The notes beneath the pieces were generated by a model that did not search any database, was not told the DNA's origin, and was given only the letters and a program-made list of their open reading frames with translations. Of a stretch of 64,000 bases of DNA, positions 8,910 through 19,822 are shown piece by piece (position 1 is the stretch's first letter; the number at the start of each line of letters is the position of its first letter). The DNA comes from Schizochytrium sp. TIO01 (lineage: Eukaryota; Protista; Bigyra: Labyrinthulomycetes): assembly GCA_004764695.1 (NCBI GenBank), contig SMSO01000005.1, positions 1,178,001-1,242,000 on the forward strand, given 5' to 3'. Made by a program: the position numbers and the translations under genes.

Positions 8910-9491
8910 TTAATTACAAGAGAGCACGTAAGAGAGATTTGTCACAGCTCCAACGATACTTCCTGCCAACGCGGCAGCAGAAGTAAGCAGAACAGAACCT
9001 GCAGTCATACCACCGCCAACAAAGCTTCCGAACCACTTGAGACCATGTGAGGTTGCTGCCGCTCCGTTGAGCTTGCCACCTGCGAATTTTGCAGCAATAG
9101 GGCCTGCGAAGAGAGCCGTGGGTACTGCCAAGAGCGCGGCGAAAAGAACTGCAAAGAACATTGCCCGCCAGGTAATACGCTTCTCGATAGAAAAGACCTT
9201 GCATCCATTCTTCGTGAGCATGACCTCGCCATTTCCAGTATCGACGGTCCGGTACGAACTCCCATCCATATCGATTTTGTTGAGAAGCTCTTCTCCTAAT
9301 CGAACACCTCCGTGAGATACATTCATGGTAAACTTGCTGGTGTTGTCATCCCAATTCCAGCCGTACGGCTCCAGTGTCTCTTTGATTTCACTCCAACCAA
9401 GGTCAAAAGCCTGAGTCATATAGATGCAACCGAACAGAACAATAAATATGGTGGCGATAACCTGCATGTTGTTCTTTTGAAATGATCTCAT
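8910..9491 (-). CDS. Hypothetical membrane protein with N-terminal signal/TM segment and C-terminal Gly/Ala-rich (glycine-zipper-like) hairpin
   Basis: 193-aa ATG..TAA ORF. Hydrophobic VIATIFIVLFGCIY; C-terminus LNGAAATSHGLKWFGSFVGGGMTAGSVLLTSAAALAGSIVGA. Confidence 0.7.
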   Translation of the reverse strand: MRSFQKNNMQVIATIFIVLFGCIYMTQAFDLGWSEIKETLEPYGWNWDDNTSKFTMNVSHGGVRLGEELLNKIDMDGSSYRTVDTGNGEVMLTKNGCKVFSIEKRITWRAMFFAVLFAALLAVPTALFAGPIAAKFAGGKLNGAAATSHGLKWFGSFVGGGMTAGSVLLTSAAALAGSIVGAVTNLSYVLSCN

Positions 9492-9890
9492 GTTGGCGAT
9501 AAAAGGAAGTCGTCGGTTCTCTCTTAAGCTTGTCTCGTGTAAATAGCGGGGCGCTTCTCGTTAGGGTTAGATGCCGTCTCGCGATGTTTGGGTTTTGCTT
9601 GCTTGCTTGCTTGTTTTCGTGCTTGCTTGTTTCCTCTCTCGTCCGCCGTAAATGAGCAACGACTTTTGTCCCTTCGCCCCACGGGCTTCTGAAGAGCCAG
9701 CAGACTGATTGACGCTCAGGCGCTCAGGACCCTGCTTGGGCCACAATTGGAATCAATCTGGACTGAGGAGTCCTAGGCACCTGCCTGAAGAGAATGCAGA
9801 GCTCTCTGGCAACTACCTGGGCTGCAACCGCCTCAACCCTCGTGGACTCCTTTCCTGAAATACAGCTCGGGCCCGCAGCGTTAGACCTCT

Positions 9891-9925
9891 TGTGCTGTGC
9901 TGTGCTGTGCTGTGCTGTGCTGTGC
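9891..9925. repeat. (TGTGC)7 microsatellite
   Basis: Direct read. Confidence 0.95.
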
Positions 9926-10703
9926 TTCGAAGGGGCTCAACACACGCAAGAGTTTGGCCACCGCTTCATCTCAAAAAGTATCTGCTGTTGAGGCTAAGAT
10001 TTGAGTGTTTCCAGAGCGATGCCACGGTAATCGGTACGTATCAAGATTTCAAAATGCGAAGAAAACACAGCCGCTGCTCTCATCGGTACTGAGCAGGAGT
10101 TTCAGGGGAGTTTGCGTTCCAGTGTTGTAGATTTGGCAGTCTGTACAAGAGTTAGTTCTCACGTAAGCGGTAGCTCGAAATGTCTGGGCAGCCTGGCGTT
10201 CCTCTTCGCGAAGGCTCTTGTACCAATCCTCGATCTACAGCTCTTCTCTTCCATGGAATTTCCGAAGTTCCTTGCCAGGCCTGAAAGGTGCCCAACCGAA
10301 CTTCTCCCGTTAAACGCTTTGAAGCTTAGAATCACAGCCTCTTTCCCCGCGGTCGAAATGTCTCCACATGCATAGTATTCTTCTCTTCAGTACAATTGAT
10401 ACGGCTGGTTCCACACAGCCTGTGCAAGTCGTGTCTTCTTGCGCTTGCTTCCAGGGCTGTCGATTTGATCAATGATGTTTTGCCTTTGGCTTTCTTGAAT
10501 GATCAGTATTTGTGTTTTTCTAAATTTTTAAATACTAATATATATAGATCTCGTCTCTTTACTTTCGTGGAAATAAGATGGGGTATAGAGATTGTAAGGA
10601 CTACTGCCTAATATATAGTCTCTAACTGGTGGGAAACACAGAGAGAGAGAGCCTACTCAAAGATCTTCTTTTCCAAGATACCAAATGCCTAGTAGCATGT
10701 ATT

Positions 10704-10740
<37 letters not shown>
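10704..10740. repeat. (TAC)12 microsatellite
   Basis: Direct read. Confidence 0.95.
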
Positions 10741-11388
10741 GATATATACTTTTCACGTGGTCCTTTGAGGCCTCCTTCGAGGTTGCTACAAGAGCTAGTA
10801 ATAAATAAAAGCCATCTTAGCCAGAGGCAGCCCCTTCAGATCTTTCAGCAGCTTGAATAAGAACCCGGTCAAAGCACCCATTCATGGATGGGTCTTTCTC
10901 ATTTACGAGGTCTTTAAGTTTGCTACGGAGACCATTTCATTATTTTATTAAAATTAAACATTCAACTTCAAAGAACCTCCGGTATCACTTCAAGTTTTTG
11001 CGCTCAAGCTAGTAAAATCATGATGATAATAGTTACAATATTATTTCTTCAATTGCTTCGACTGCCTGACCATCAAAGTTAGCTCAGAAAGTGGCGTAAA
11101 AGGCCTTCGTAGGTACTATCAAAGTCATATAGGCCCCTCCTAGTCTCTTTGTTAGGTGGACGTACAGTGCCGTGGCGGTGGTTAGGTTGTTTGGAAGAGT
11201 ACAGTGTATATCTGGATATACTCTAGCTAGTACTTGGATAGAAGGTAGTTAGTTATAGCTCAAGAGTACATATGGTTTGCAAGAAAGCGAGCACCAACAG
11301 ACGCGAAGTAAAGTAGAGCAGAAACGGCAAGACAAGCAGTTCACAACACAGCGAGGTCACGGGGTCACGAGATCAGAGACTTGAAAAG

Positions 11389-11604
11389 ATGCCCACCGGA
11401 ACGAACTCGCAGGGAAATAGCTACAACGCTCCGGCTGTGTCGCAGCCGGGCACCAACAGCTACCACTACTCCAACTCCAATGGCTCCTATTATTACTCGA
11501 ACAGCAACGGAAGCACCTACTACAACTCCGGTTCTGGCTACTCCCAGTACACCTCTCCTTCTGGATCCACGACTCAGAGCTATACAAGCTCGGGCAAGAA
11601 GTAA
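11389..11604 (+). CDS. 71-aa Tyr/Ser/Asn/Gly-rich microprotein (GTNSQGN...SYHYSNSNGSYYYSN...GSTYYN)
   Basis: ATG..TAA with a strong C-ending codon bias (TAC, AAC, TCC). The motif resembles a small conserved hypothetical protein family I recall from fungi (not searched). Confidence 0.8.
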   Translation: MPTGTNSQGNSYNAPAVSQPGTNSYHYSNSNGSYYYSNSNGSTYYNSGSGYSQYTSPSGSTTQSYTSSGKK

Positions 11605-11967
11605 TTGATGTGACTCCACGCCGCTTATCGTCATGCTTCGACTACGAGAGAGCCTGTATGTGACCAGGTCTCTGCAATATCTTACACTTGGTCATCGCCT
11701 CCGCTCTTTAAAAGTTTGACATTCATCCTGAACAGAAGCTCGGACATGGACTACCCGTTGTGTATGCTCAATAGCATTTGCACCAAAGGAAATGAGTGCT
11801 CCATCAAGCTTCTTTCTTTTTTTCTTTTCTTTCATGATGCACAATACATTAAAATTGTCTGTTTCATTGTAGCCTTTGAAGAAGGCGTCAATCATGGATC
11901 AAGGCATACATTTTGAAATCAGATAAACTAAATCCTATAAGAACTAATGTGTATCAATATATCATTT

Positions 11968-14013
11968 TCACAATTCTTGCATAGCCCGACTGACTTTGAC
12001 CTTACACGCTTCACATATGACGGAATCATAAGACTCTTGTTGAGCTAGGATCTCATTTACATAGCCTGTGAGTTCCTCAACCTCCTTTTTCTTTGCTTCG
12101 ACAGCATCAGTAGCATCAAAAAGCTTCACCTTCAGCTCCTTCAGCTCATTACGGTGCGAACGAATGAGAGTTTGCCGCTGCTCTTCATACACAGCACGTT
12201 GGGCCTCCACTTCACCGCGAGCATGATCAGCTTCGTTTTGATGAGCTGCAGCAAACTCGCGCACAGCATCCACCTCGTCTTCAAGCTCTTTGCACTGCTT
12301 TCTAAGCTCCGCACATTCGTGGCCAAGCGCGACGAATTCGCGTTGGGCGTTTGATCCTTCTTCCTTAGTGTCCTGGAGCTCGGCCATAAGCTCTTGCAGC
12401 TTCTGTTCGCCCTGTCGAACAAGCTTTTGCTCTTGGCTGACCATTTCCTCAAGCTTAGCCTTTTCATTCGCAAGGCCTTGGACGCGAGTTTCGGCCTGTT
12501 CGTGAACCTCCATAATTTTCGTTTTGAGGGTGGCACCATACTCCTTATGCGCATTATATGATTCTGTCATCTCCTCCAAGCTACTTGACAGGTTATTCAC
12601 GACCTCGCGGTGCTGCTCCTCCATCTCGGTCATCTTGCGGCGCATCGCTTGCATCTCCTCGTTCATACGCTCACTGCGTGAGCGTTCTTCTTCAAGCTCG
12701 CGCTCCACCATCTCTGCTCGCTCACGTGCTTCTTGCTCAGACTGAGAGTATTGCTCAGACTGATTCTTATACACATTGAGCTGGTGAGACACATTGGTCA
12801 ACTCACGAGTAAGGTCCTCAACTTCACGTTGCCTGGCCTCAAGAGTTTGTGGCAATTCCTGTTCAATTATGCTGAGCTCTTCATTGAGGCGGTCGTGTTT
12901 TTCCCGCCAATCATCACGCTCGCGCTCTAAGCGTTCAGAAATCTCGCGTTGGTCCATCAAGTCCATCTTCAACTGCGCCATTTCAGGGCTAGAGTTCATA
13001 AAGCTCACGGTTTGCGTGCCGCTATCTGATGTGCTCACCTTTGAAACCGGAGCCGCCTGCGCTGTTGCTGCAGCAGAGCATTCTGTAGCAATAGTCGGTT
13101 CTGGGTTTTCTTGTACAATTTCCATCGCCTTTGGTGACAATGCCGGACTAGACGGAGCCGATCTCTTTTGCGGGGGGGATGATAGTGGCGAGTTAGTCTG
13201 GGCAGGGATTTTCTCTGTACTAACATCAGCGGCAATTTGAGAAGCATCACTTTCCAAGTTGTGGATTGACTTCCGTGGCAGCGCGGGTGTAAAAGGACCG
13301 GATCCAAATGATTCTGCAGAAGTGCTAGCTTCAACTTTTGGTGACGTCATGCCTGCGGGAACAGGAGGTGGCGCCCGTCGAGGTGCAGAAGATGTTGATG
13401 GCTTCTTGTTGCCTCGAAGAATTGACGCAGCATTGTCTCTGAAGAATGAAGTCTGGCAAAGCTCTTGGCGCATTGATGCATCAGAGTTAGCGAGCCACTG
13501 ACTCTGCAAGCGTTTAACACGAACGTATTGCCCGAGCTCCTGATCGAAGAAGGATGCACTTAGCTGGCCATCCAACTTCTCAAAGATACGCACATGGTAA
13601 ACACGGCCCTCAATCCGCGTTGAGAATCGTTGTAAAGTCGACCCCGTGAGGCGCGAGGAATCGTCCAAAATGTTACTCGAAGAACTCGATAAGATGGGCA
13701 ACTTGGGCCTGCTAGGCATTGGAGGTGTCTTGGGCTCCGCCACAGTATCGACATGATTTTCAGTGCTTCCATCTTCCGCCTGGCTAATGAACTCCCGAAG
13801 AGGCTTTCCAGGTGTCCTTACATTAATTTGTGCGTCTTCAGCGGGGTCTTGTACGTTATTGGTATTGTGAATCTTCTGCTCGTTACCAAGAGCAATATCA
13901 AAGCCCACACCAGAGGCAGCATTGACGATAAATTTGTCTTCACAAATGTTCTCATCGCCAGGTTTATTTTGCTGCTGAAAGACATCGCTTCCCCAGAGGT
14001 CTTCGCGATGAGC

Positions 14014-14049
<36 letters not shown>

Positions 14050-14205
14050 CGCGGACATAGATGCCGAGGCGCTGCTCGACGTTCGGCGGTCCTTACGTTT
14101 TGCCGCAGAAACCTGCGGAGTAGAAAAACCTGGAGCGGTGTTAGAAACGTCAGCAAGTACAAAATCGTTCGTGCTAGCGCCAGCAAAGGTTCCACGCGAC
14201 GCCAT
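11968..14205 (-). CDS. Hypothetical protein: disordered N-terminus with poly-Q and Pro-rich segments, long C-terminal coiled coil
   Basis: Long ORF (track starts at GTG 14238; first ATG 14205, MASRGTF). About 320 aa of E/K/Q/R-rich heptads; Q11 encoded by (CAG)10CAA at 14014-14046. Confidence 0.88.
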
Positions 14206-15315
14206 TGCGGATTCACAGCGTCCTACTTTGATTTTCACGGTCTGCCACGGCTTCCGCCGTCGTTATCCCAAAGAACAGCACTGCCATTCAAAGAAGATCT
14301 AATCAACTCGCTGGTCATTTAAAAAAAAAATATATATATATATTTAAAACGCAAGAAAGAATAGAAAGACTCGAAAACCGACATTTTTCAAGTCTTGAAA
14401 ACCTGCCTTCAAGCTCATTCTCACCTTCATCTTTGTCAGAAGCTTCAATTTTACCAAGTAAAGCACCTTTAACAACGAACACATCACAGAACGTACTTTG
14501 GAGAGGAAAGACCATCATCATCATCAACGTTGGAGGCGAAGTCTTAAGCCTGTTCTGATGTCCTTTTTATTTTGGAATGTTAGAGGCCTAGTAAAGGATA
14601 AATGGTCCTACTCATTTAAAGCATACAAGCCCAGCGACGGTTGCACTCTACTGTCCCTGCTATCTCTTACACTAAGAGGCAAAATGAAAATCGATTCTCT
14701 AACTCAAAGATGATTAATATGACGATTACACAGCGAAAGGCCCTGAACCGACACCGAGTGCAAGTTCTGGACGCTACCAAGGAAATGTTGCAAGTACAAG
14801 CCTTATTTCTAGGCTGTACAGGTTGTGCCTTATTATAATTTTGTTGAAAGTCTACTATTCATGAGAATTGATGGGCTTACTCATCAGATGTAGGGTCGGG
14901 CTATTTAATTAAATAATACACAGTTTCTGTAAAATATAAATAGAGAGAGCCGTTGATTACTCATGGGATAGATTTCTCTTGTAGAGTTTAGCTGCTGTCT
15001 TGCATTAATTCCAATTCTAGGTCGTAAGCTTGAACATATTAGCATATTAAAGAAGAAGGATTGCAAGTGGTAGCCCAAAAGTCCAAGTGAGGCTGTAAAT
15101 ATTTTATCGTGACGCCGGCGGGCTTTGAGAGTGGGCTTTCTTGAGGCAGGAGAGAAAACTCTTTAGATGGCTCTTCAGTTAGAGACAAAGATACTTTGAG
15201 AGAAATTAGAGCACATAGATCCTACTGAAGTGAGGACAAAGGCCAATCTAGTCTAGACTTCTTGGATAGGGCTCTGAGAAACGTTGGTTTTACTTTAAAT
15301 CAACGCCAAGCCATT

Positions 15316-18300
15316 ATGAAGAAGCGAGCTGCTAAAGCAAAAGCCAAGGCGATGCAAAAAGCAAAAGCACGTAGAGGCCCATTAACAGAAACTGAAGCAG
15401 CTAAGAAGCTTCAGGGTATGTATCGTGCGAGAGCAGCTAAAAAACTTATGAGGATCCTCGCTCGGTCTGTCTTTGAGCGTGTCCTCGATGTCAACTCAGG
15501 AGCATACTTTTATCACAATCTTCATACGGGTGATGTATCATGGGAAGCACCGAAGATTTTGGGTAATGAATCTTTTGATGAAATTACAGACAAAACTGTG
15601 TCGCCACATGATGCAGTTACTACATATCGAAGCCTTGCCAGGAATTGGTCTACCCACGAAGCAGATGGAATTGTATACTATTTCGATGCCGCAACGGAAG
15701 AGACTACGTGGGAGCAACCAATCGTACTACAGCGCTTACAGCAGGCAATAGAAGAAAGAGATGAAATGCTAGGTCCAGACTGGCAAGAGGTTCAAGATCC
15801 TAATGACGGAACCTACTTTTTTCATAACATTAAGACAAATGAGACCCAATGGGATCCTCCAAAGGTAGATTTTCGTAAGACTAAAGAAGAAAAGGAACGT
15901 GAAGCTCTTGAAGAGAAAAAACGTTTGGCACGGCTTTCTAAGTTGCAAAAGCGTATGTCTAAAAAAGGTAACACACTATTGGATTTGAATGCAGGTGATT
16001 CTGATGATGACAAAAATGGTAGCATGGCAGAATCAGACCATGGGGATGGCGACTCTGATTCAGAAAGTTCAGGGCCCCCAGAAGCGCTCATGGTGGGTGA
16101 GGATGGTGAGATCGCCTCCGACCAAGACTCCATGTCAAGTTCTGACTCTGAGAGTATTTACATTACGTCTGATGAGGAAGAAGAAGACTATCTTGAGCAA
16201 GGTGAAAACGCTAATGAGGAAAGGATTAATGGTGATAAAAACGATTCGCCCAACAAAATCTCCAAGCGAAAACGCCGCAAACGTGAAAGGCAAAGACTTC
16301 ATCACATGCAAGTCCTTGCAGAGCTCGCTGGTGCCTCTGATCGAGAACGTGGCGAGTTCGAAGCAAAGGTGCGGATAAAGAGATTTCGTAAGAAGCGTCA
16401 AAACCGGTTAAACCTCTCCTTTTTGGACCTTGATCATATTCCTCAAGCTTTGTTTGAGAACTCGCGTCTTATTAAGCGATTAAATGAGCTAGTAATTAGC
16501 GGGAATCGCATTTGTAAGGTTTCAGCTGATATTAAAAAAATGAGGGAGTCTCTACAAGAATTGAGCCTAGACTCAAATGAATTAGTGAAAGTACCTGTGC
16601 AAACATGGTATCTTACAAATCTCCGTAAATTAGACCTCAGAAATAATCGTTTGCGAGATATCTCCCGTGAAAAGGGAAATATGACAGTACTTCGTGAGAT
16701 GAATATTTGGGAGATCGGCATTGAAACCATGCAAAGTCTTCAAGAGCTGCGCCTAGACAATAACCTTCTTTCCGAGCTCCCAGTGCATCTTAGTACCCTC
16801 ATTAGTCTACGAGTGTTGACCCTTCGATCAAATAGGCTAGTTGATCTTGCACCTAAACATATGGCACAGCTCGAAAATTTGGTCCATCTAGACATTGCAG
16901 AAAATGGACTGCTTAATCTACCTGAGCGAGTATTATCTTGTTGTCCCCTTTTGCAAGTCGTAGACTTATCCGAAAATAGCATGGCATACTTACCTGATGA
17001 CATCAGTAAACTTACTGATCTTCGAGTACTTCGATGCGCCAAAAATTCTCTTCTTCAAATTCCTCTTCAATTAGCTCGCCTAGCGAAACTTGAACATTTA
17101 GATTTGAATCATAACTCTCTGGAAAGTCTTCCTCAAGAATGGGAAACTAAATTTCTGCGTACGCTCAATGTGAGTTATAATCAACTGCAATCGCTTCCTG
17201 CGTCTCTCACAATTGTTTCTAGAGACCTTGAGCGGATATATCTGCGGAAGAACAATATGCGCGCCCGTCTCCCTGGTAGTATTTCGTCATTGGAGCAGTT
17301 GAGGGTACTTGATGTAGGTGAAAACTCTATCGACGGGCTTGACAATCTGCCCCCAAATCTTCGTGTCGGCCTATTTGATCACAACAAGCTACGCACAATC
17401 CCTGGGGATGTTTTCTTTCCAGTTGGGGCGCATCTCGGAAGGTTGAGCCTTGCAGATAACTCAATTCGCAGCATCTCCGCTCCTTCTAATCAACTTGGAG
17501 AACAAACAAGTTCGAGTCGACTTCGTGATCTAGACCTTAGCGGAAATGATCTTACAGAACTTCCAGGGGGCGTGTTTAATCGACTGTCTCTGCGTCGCCT
17601 CAATCTTTCTCGTAATCAATTGACTTCACTCGCTACTGAGCTTGCAAATTCAAGGAACCACCTCGAGACACTAGACCTGGAGAGAAATCGAATTCGGGAA
17701 TTGCCAGCTTTTTTAAGTGACCTGCCCAAATTACGCTACATTTCTCTCAATCACAACCTTTTGATTGAGCGTCCAGATTTCTTAGCCCAAAACCCTAAAC
17801 TCTTCAATTGGCATGTGAATTTCAACCCAATTGAAGTACAAGAAGACCCCTTTGCTTTACGCAGGGCATTGCTGAACCAGGCAGCGCTTTTCCAAGCTGA
17901 AAATAAACCTCTTAAAGCCCTGGAAATGCTCAATGAAATTATGGATGGCCTCACAGATGGGCAGAGCATCGAGAATCTAGCAATCTCCGGTAATGTTATT
18001 GCAAAATCAGTTAAAGAACAAAGAGAAGATGCGTTTTTACTAGAGGTTGTTCAGAAACGAGCAATGACTAACCTTGCTTTGGAACGTTTTGCCGAAGCAG
18101 AGAGAGACTTGTGTCTTGCCATCAGCAGATATGATCAACCTGGGGCAGCCCTCCTATACTATCGTGGTATGGCACGATACAAAGGATTAAATGATATTAG
18201 AGGTGCGTTGCAAGATCTTGATAAAAGTTTAAAGCTTAGACCAAGATATGCGCCGGCTCAACGAGTTCGTGCACAATGTCTTCTGCAGATGGGACTCTTC

Positions 18301-18882
18301 AAAGCTGCACTGGAAGAATCATCACAAGCACTTGAGTTTGACATGTATGATTTAGACGCCAGGCTTTGCAAGGGTATGGCACTTGAAAAACTTGTGGACT
18401 TAGATGGGGCACTTATTACATTTCAAGAAGTTGTTGCTCAAATAATGACACCAGAAGAAAGCAAGGAAACCGAAGAAGACCAAAGTAGACAAACTATCGC
18501 ACAGATCTCACCATGGTCACCTCTTGGACTTGCACACTACCGATGGGGGCTTGTGCTACGTGATCTTGCACGACATGGGGAAGCAGTGATCAAGTTCCAA
18601 GATGCAGCTGATGTCCTCTTTGTTCAATACGAAAAGGCTCATGAAGGATCGCTGCGAAAAACCAAGCTGGGGAACTGGCTGCACATGGCTCTTATGTGCA
18701 AAGCGTCAGCTTTGCAAAGTGCAAACCGTGCAAAGAAAGCTCGGGTCGCATACGAAGAAGCCCAGGAGTTTGCACGTCAACTACACGCTAGCGAATATCT
18801 TGCTCAACAACAGCAGGCTGAACAAGACGTGAGGGAGGGATCTCCAATTGCCAAGGAAGGCAACTCCGCAGCGAACCAGTAG
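15316..18882 (+). CDS. IQ motif + 3 WW + acidic tract + LRR array + TPR protein
   Basis: IQ-like AAKKLQGMYRARAAKK. WW domains ending GDVSWEAP, EETTWEQP and NETQWDPP. Roughly 20 LxxLxLxxNxL repeats; TPR-like LLYYRGMA..GALQDLDKSLKLRPRYAPA. Track start is TTG 15262, first ATG 15316. Confidence 0.92.
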   Translation: MKKRAAKAKAKAMQKAKARRGPLTETEAAKKLQGMYRARAAKKLMRILARSVFERVLDVNSGAYFYHNLHTGDVSWEAPKILGNESFDEITDKTVSPHDAVTTYRSLARNWSTHEADGIVYYFDAATEETTWEQPIVLQRLQQAIEERDEMLGPDWQEVQDPNDGTYFFHNIKTNETQWDPPKVDFRKTKEEKEREALEEKKRLARLSKLQKRMSKKGNTLLDLNAGDSDDDKNGSMAESDHGDGDSDSESSGPPEALMVGEDGEIASDQDSMSSSDSESIYITSDEEEEDYLEQGENANEERINGDKNDSPNKISKRKRRKRERQRLHHMQVLAELAGASDRERGEFEAKVRIKRFRKKRQNRLNLSFLDLDHIPQALFENSRLIKRLNELVISGNRICKVSADIKKMRESLQELSLDSNELVKVPVQTWYLTNLRKLDLRNNRLRDISREKGNMTVLREMNIWEIGIETMQSLQELRLDNNLLSELPVHLSTLISLRVLTLRSNRLVDLAPKHMAQLENLVHLDIAENGLLNLPERVLSCCPLLQVVDLSENSMAYLPDDISKLTDLRVLRCAKNSLLQIPLQLARLAKLEHLDLNHNSLESLPQEWETKFLRTLNVSYNQLQSLPASLTIVSRDLERIYLRKNNMRARLPGSISSLEQLRVLDVGENSIDGLDNLPPNLRVGLFDHNKLRTIPGDVFFPVGAHLGRLSLADNSIRSISAPSNQLGEQTSSSRLRDLDLSGNDLTELPGGVFNRLSLRRLNLSRNQLTSLATELANSRNHLETLDLERNRIRELPAFLSDLPKLRYISLNHNLLIERPDFLAQNPKLFNWHVNFNPIEVQEDPFALRRALLNQAALFQAENKPLKALEMLNEIMDGLTDGQSIENLAISGNVIAKSVKEQREDAFLLEVVQKRAMTNLALERFAEAERDLCLAISRYDQPGAALLYYRGMARYKGLNDIRGALQDLDKSLKLRPRYAPAQRVRAQCLLQMGLFKAALEESSQALEFDMYDLDARLCKGMALEKLVDLDGALITFQEVVAQIMTPEESKETEEDQSRQTIAQISPWSPLGLAHYRWGLVLRDLARHGEAVIKFQDAADVLFVQYEKAHEGSLRKTKLGNWLHMALMCKASALQSANRAKKARVAYEEAQEFARQLHASEYLAQQQQAEQDVREGSPIAKEGNSAANQ

Positions 18883-19822
18883 CATCTCCAATACACACTT
18901 CTAGAGAGCTTGCAGTAAGAAACCTCGCCTCTTCCAAGCTAAACATTTTTAATTTTGCAAGAGATGCTTCCACTAACAAACCAGAGTATTTCCCCCAACA
19001 TTTTATTTGCGGAATGACATCATGCGTCAAACCGCAAGCAAAATGTGCTCCACATGCAACATGTATGAATTTTTGATTTTTTGGCACCGTAGCAATTTGT
19101 CCATAACCATCTTCTCCCCATCCATAAACTAAGCCTGTTCCCCGCTCAATCCCAACACTGAAGGACCCTCCGTTCGCAGTCGCAACTTGGCTGAAGCTCT
19201 TCCCTGAGGGTACTTGAAGCTGGCCCCGATCGTTTGCACCCCAGCAAAAAATACGTCCTTGCGGTGAGATGTCAACCGCACAACAATGTTCTTTTCCACA
19301 GCTAACTTGTCCAAATCGAGAGTCTCCTTGTGGTGCACTTGTTGTAGGTTTTCTCCTTTGTTGAATGGAATGGCACTCAAGATGGAGATCTGCCGCTCGG
19401 ATTGCACAGGCCTCTTCGTCCCCTAAACTGACTTGAATATATGAATTTCTAGGGGAGAAAGTTTGTTTGAGGTTGCCTTCTGAGTCCCAGCACTGGGCGT
19501 GGCCTTTGTTTGTCAACGCACAGCAACGACCGGGGGAGCATGAAACTTGCACATATACATCTGGCTGTATCTCCTTATCCTCAAGGTCAACAGAAATCCA
19601 GCCTTGTTGGCTCCTGCGCCAACATGAAAGTCCTTCTTGACGACCCTCACTAGCTCCGTTTTCAATAGTACATGCTAGATTATAACCCAGCGATGCACTT
19701 GCGTCGCGCAGTGCCAGCTCTGTTAAACTATCAGAGTTTAGACGAGACGATGACGACTCAGCATGAACTGCCTTGCCAAAGCATACCGACAAGAGAACTA
19801 CCCAAAACAGGCTTGAATACAT
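18788..19822 (-). CDS. Secreted Cys-rich RCC1/BLIP-II (CRINKLY4-like) repeat protein
   Basis: Signal peptide MYSSLFWVVLLSVCFGKAVHA. Repeats QVSCGKEHCCAV..IFCWGANDRGQL, VYGWGEDGYGQI and HVACGAHFACGL..IKCWG. Confidence 0.88.
   Translation of the reverse strand: MYSSLFWVVLLSVCFGKAVHAESSSSRLNSDSLTELALRDASASLGYNLACTIENGASEGRQEGLSCWRRSQQGWISVDLEDKEIQPDVYVQVSCSPGRCCALTNKGHAQCWDSEGNLKQTFSPRNSYIQVSLGDEEACAIRAADLHLECHSIQQRRKPTTSAPQGDSRFGQVSCGKEHCCAVDISPQGRIFCWGANDRGQLQVPSGKSFSQVATANGGSFSVGIERGTGLVYGWGEDGYGQIATVPKNQKFIHVACGAHFACGLTHDVIPQIKCWGKYSGLLVEASLAKLKMFSLEEARFLTASSLEVCIGDATGSLRSCLPWQLEIPPSRLVQPAVVEQDIR

Noticed and set aside
14235-14318. 27-codon uORF upstream of the coiled-coil gene (minus strand)
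   Set aside because: The transcription start is unknown and ORFs this short are expected by chance.
15061-15261. Upstream extension of the IQ-WW-LRR-TPR gene
   Set aside because: There are several in-frame TGA stops and no convincing splice signals or homology; treated as 5' UTR.
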